Assembly (NCBI RefSeq): GCF_004010195.1
Contig: NC_057720.1
Location: 15,090,687-15,154,686, forward strand
From: Chiloscyllium plagiosum
Lineage: Eukaryota
Reading direction: 5' to 3'
Length of the DNA: 64,000 nucleotides
The notes under the pieces: model-generated
Told to the model about the DNA's origin: nothing
The model's input: the letters and a program-made list of their open reading frames with translations, nothing else
The model's database searches: none
In this document: one piece after another, positions 63,216 to 64,000 of the stretch
Layout of the letters: each line of letters starts with the position of its first letter
Numbering within the stretch: position 1 is the stretch's first letter
Made by a program: the position numbers and the translations under genes

Positions 63216-64000
63216 TGTGATAATCCAAATGAGAGCAATCAAAGTCTCTCTCTAAAATAATCCAAAAGCTTCAAGTTGTCCTTGCTCACTGGGGAAATAT
63301 ATTGGAAATCAAGCCCAATTATTCCGAGAGTGGAAGGCAACAGGAGGTCTTTTTTTTTTACAATGGGCATATAAAATTCTCCAGCTTCCCTGATTTGCAG
63401 ACCCAGGTTGTTAGAAAGCGCAGACTTGGTTTCTGTATTTAACAAGATTACTATTTATTTCAAGTAATTACACTCTCTTGCTGCAAGCAAGCAGTTATAA
63501 AGTACTATATAATACTATAAATTAAAACTCTCATCTCATTATAAACTACTTCTTATATGTGTGTGTGTGGGCATGCAAACAGACAGGGAAAAATAAGTTA
63601 TAGACAGGAAAATTGCAAGGCGATTTAGTGGTTCCTATTAACGAATTGCTGAGATGATTCTTTATGTTGGTCAGAATGTTGGTGTTCAGCCCTCTTCAGA
63701 TGTTTCCACTAGTTTGTAATAAACAGAAGATGGCTGGTTCATTTATAAAGGTTCTCTGATTCATCAGTTAAAGGTTACAGCTTACAACAACTACTGAAGG
63801 AAAGATTAACTAGTTATTTTCAGGTTTAAAGAAGTTTTTAACTGCAGAGAACAGGTTTGATTTCTGTACCGGCAAGATCAAAAGACTCCTCTCTATCTTG
63901 TTCACATCCCTAAGCTGTTTGGTTCTCAGGTAACTAATCATATGGTTGTTGGTAAGCAGAAGGCTTCTGTCATCAATAACTGGTCACTAGTCCATAGACC
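63216..64000 (-). mobile_element. Possible LTR running off the window edge
   Basis: TGTGATAA terminus and a minus-strand AATAAA at about 63454; composition similar to the other LTR-like segments. Confidence 0.3.

Overview
Vertebrate genomic DNA, almost certainly a cartilaginous fish (shark). This is inferred from its repeat complement: HE1/V-SINEs, HER1/CR1 LINEs and Deu-domain SINEs. No intact protein-coding gene is visible. Much of the window is decayed transposons: CR1, Rex1/Babar, L2-group and RTE LINEs, tRNA-headed SINEs, solo LTRs, a Tc1/pogo-type MITE, and at least four sequence-distinct Penelope-like (PLE) families. A CpG-rich, repeat-poor block at about 17.3-20.7 kb looks like a promoter with a non-coding first exon ending at a GTAAGT donor (19981). 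The rest of the window is then probably intronic sequence of an unidentified + strand gene, with a candidate UTR exon at 53630-53983. The most interesting pattern is a set of PLE insertions built as asymmetric hairpins: target duplication, pLTR arm with tail, junction, inverted arm lacking about 35-40 nt of tail, target duplication. The duplications are mostly 13-15 bp, and the pLTRs carry minimal hammerhead ribozyme motifs whose stems covary between families. One such insertion (54113-54366) has captured an 88-bp copy of unique DNA lying about 890 bp upstream. All calls were made by eye; family names and boundaries need confirming by repeat-library and alignment searches.
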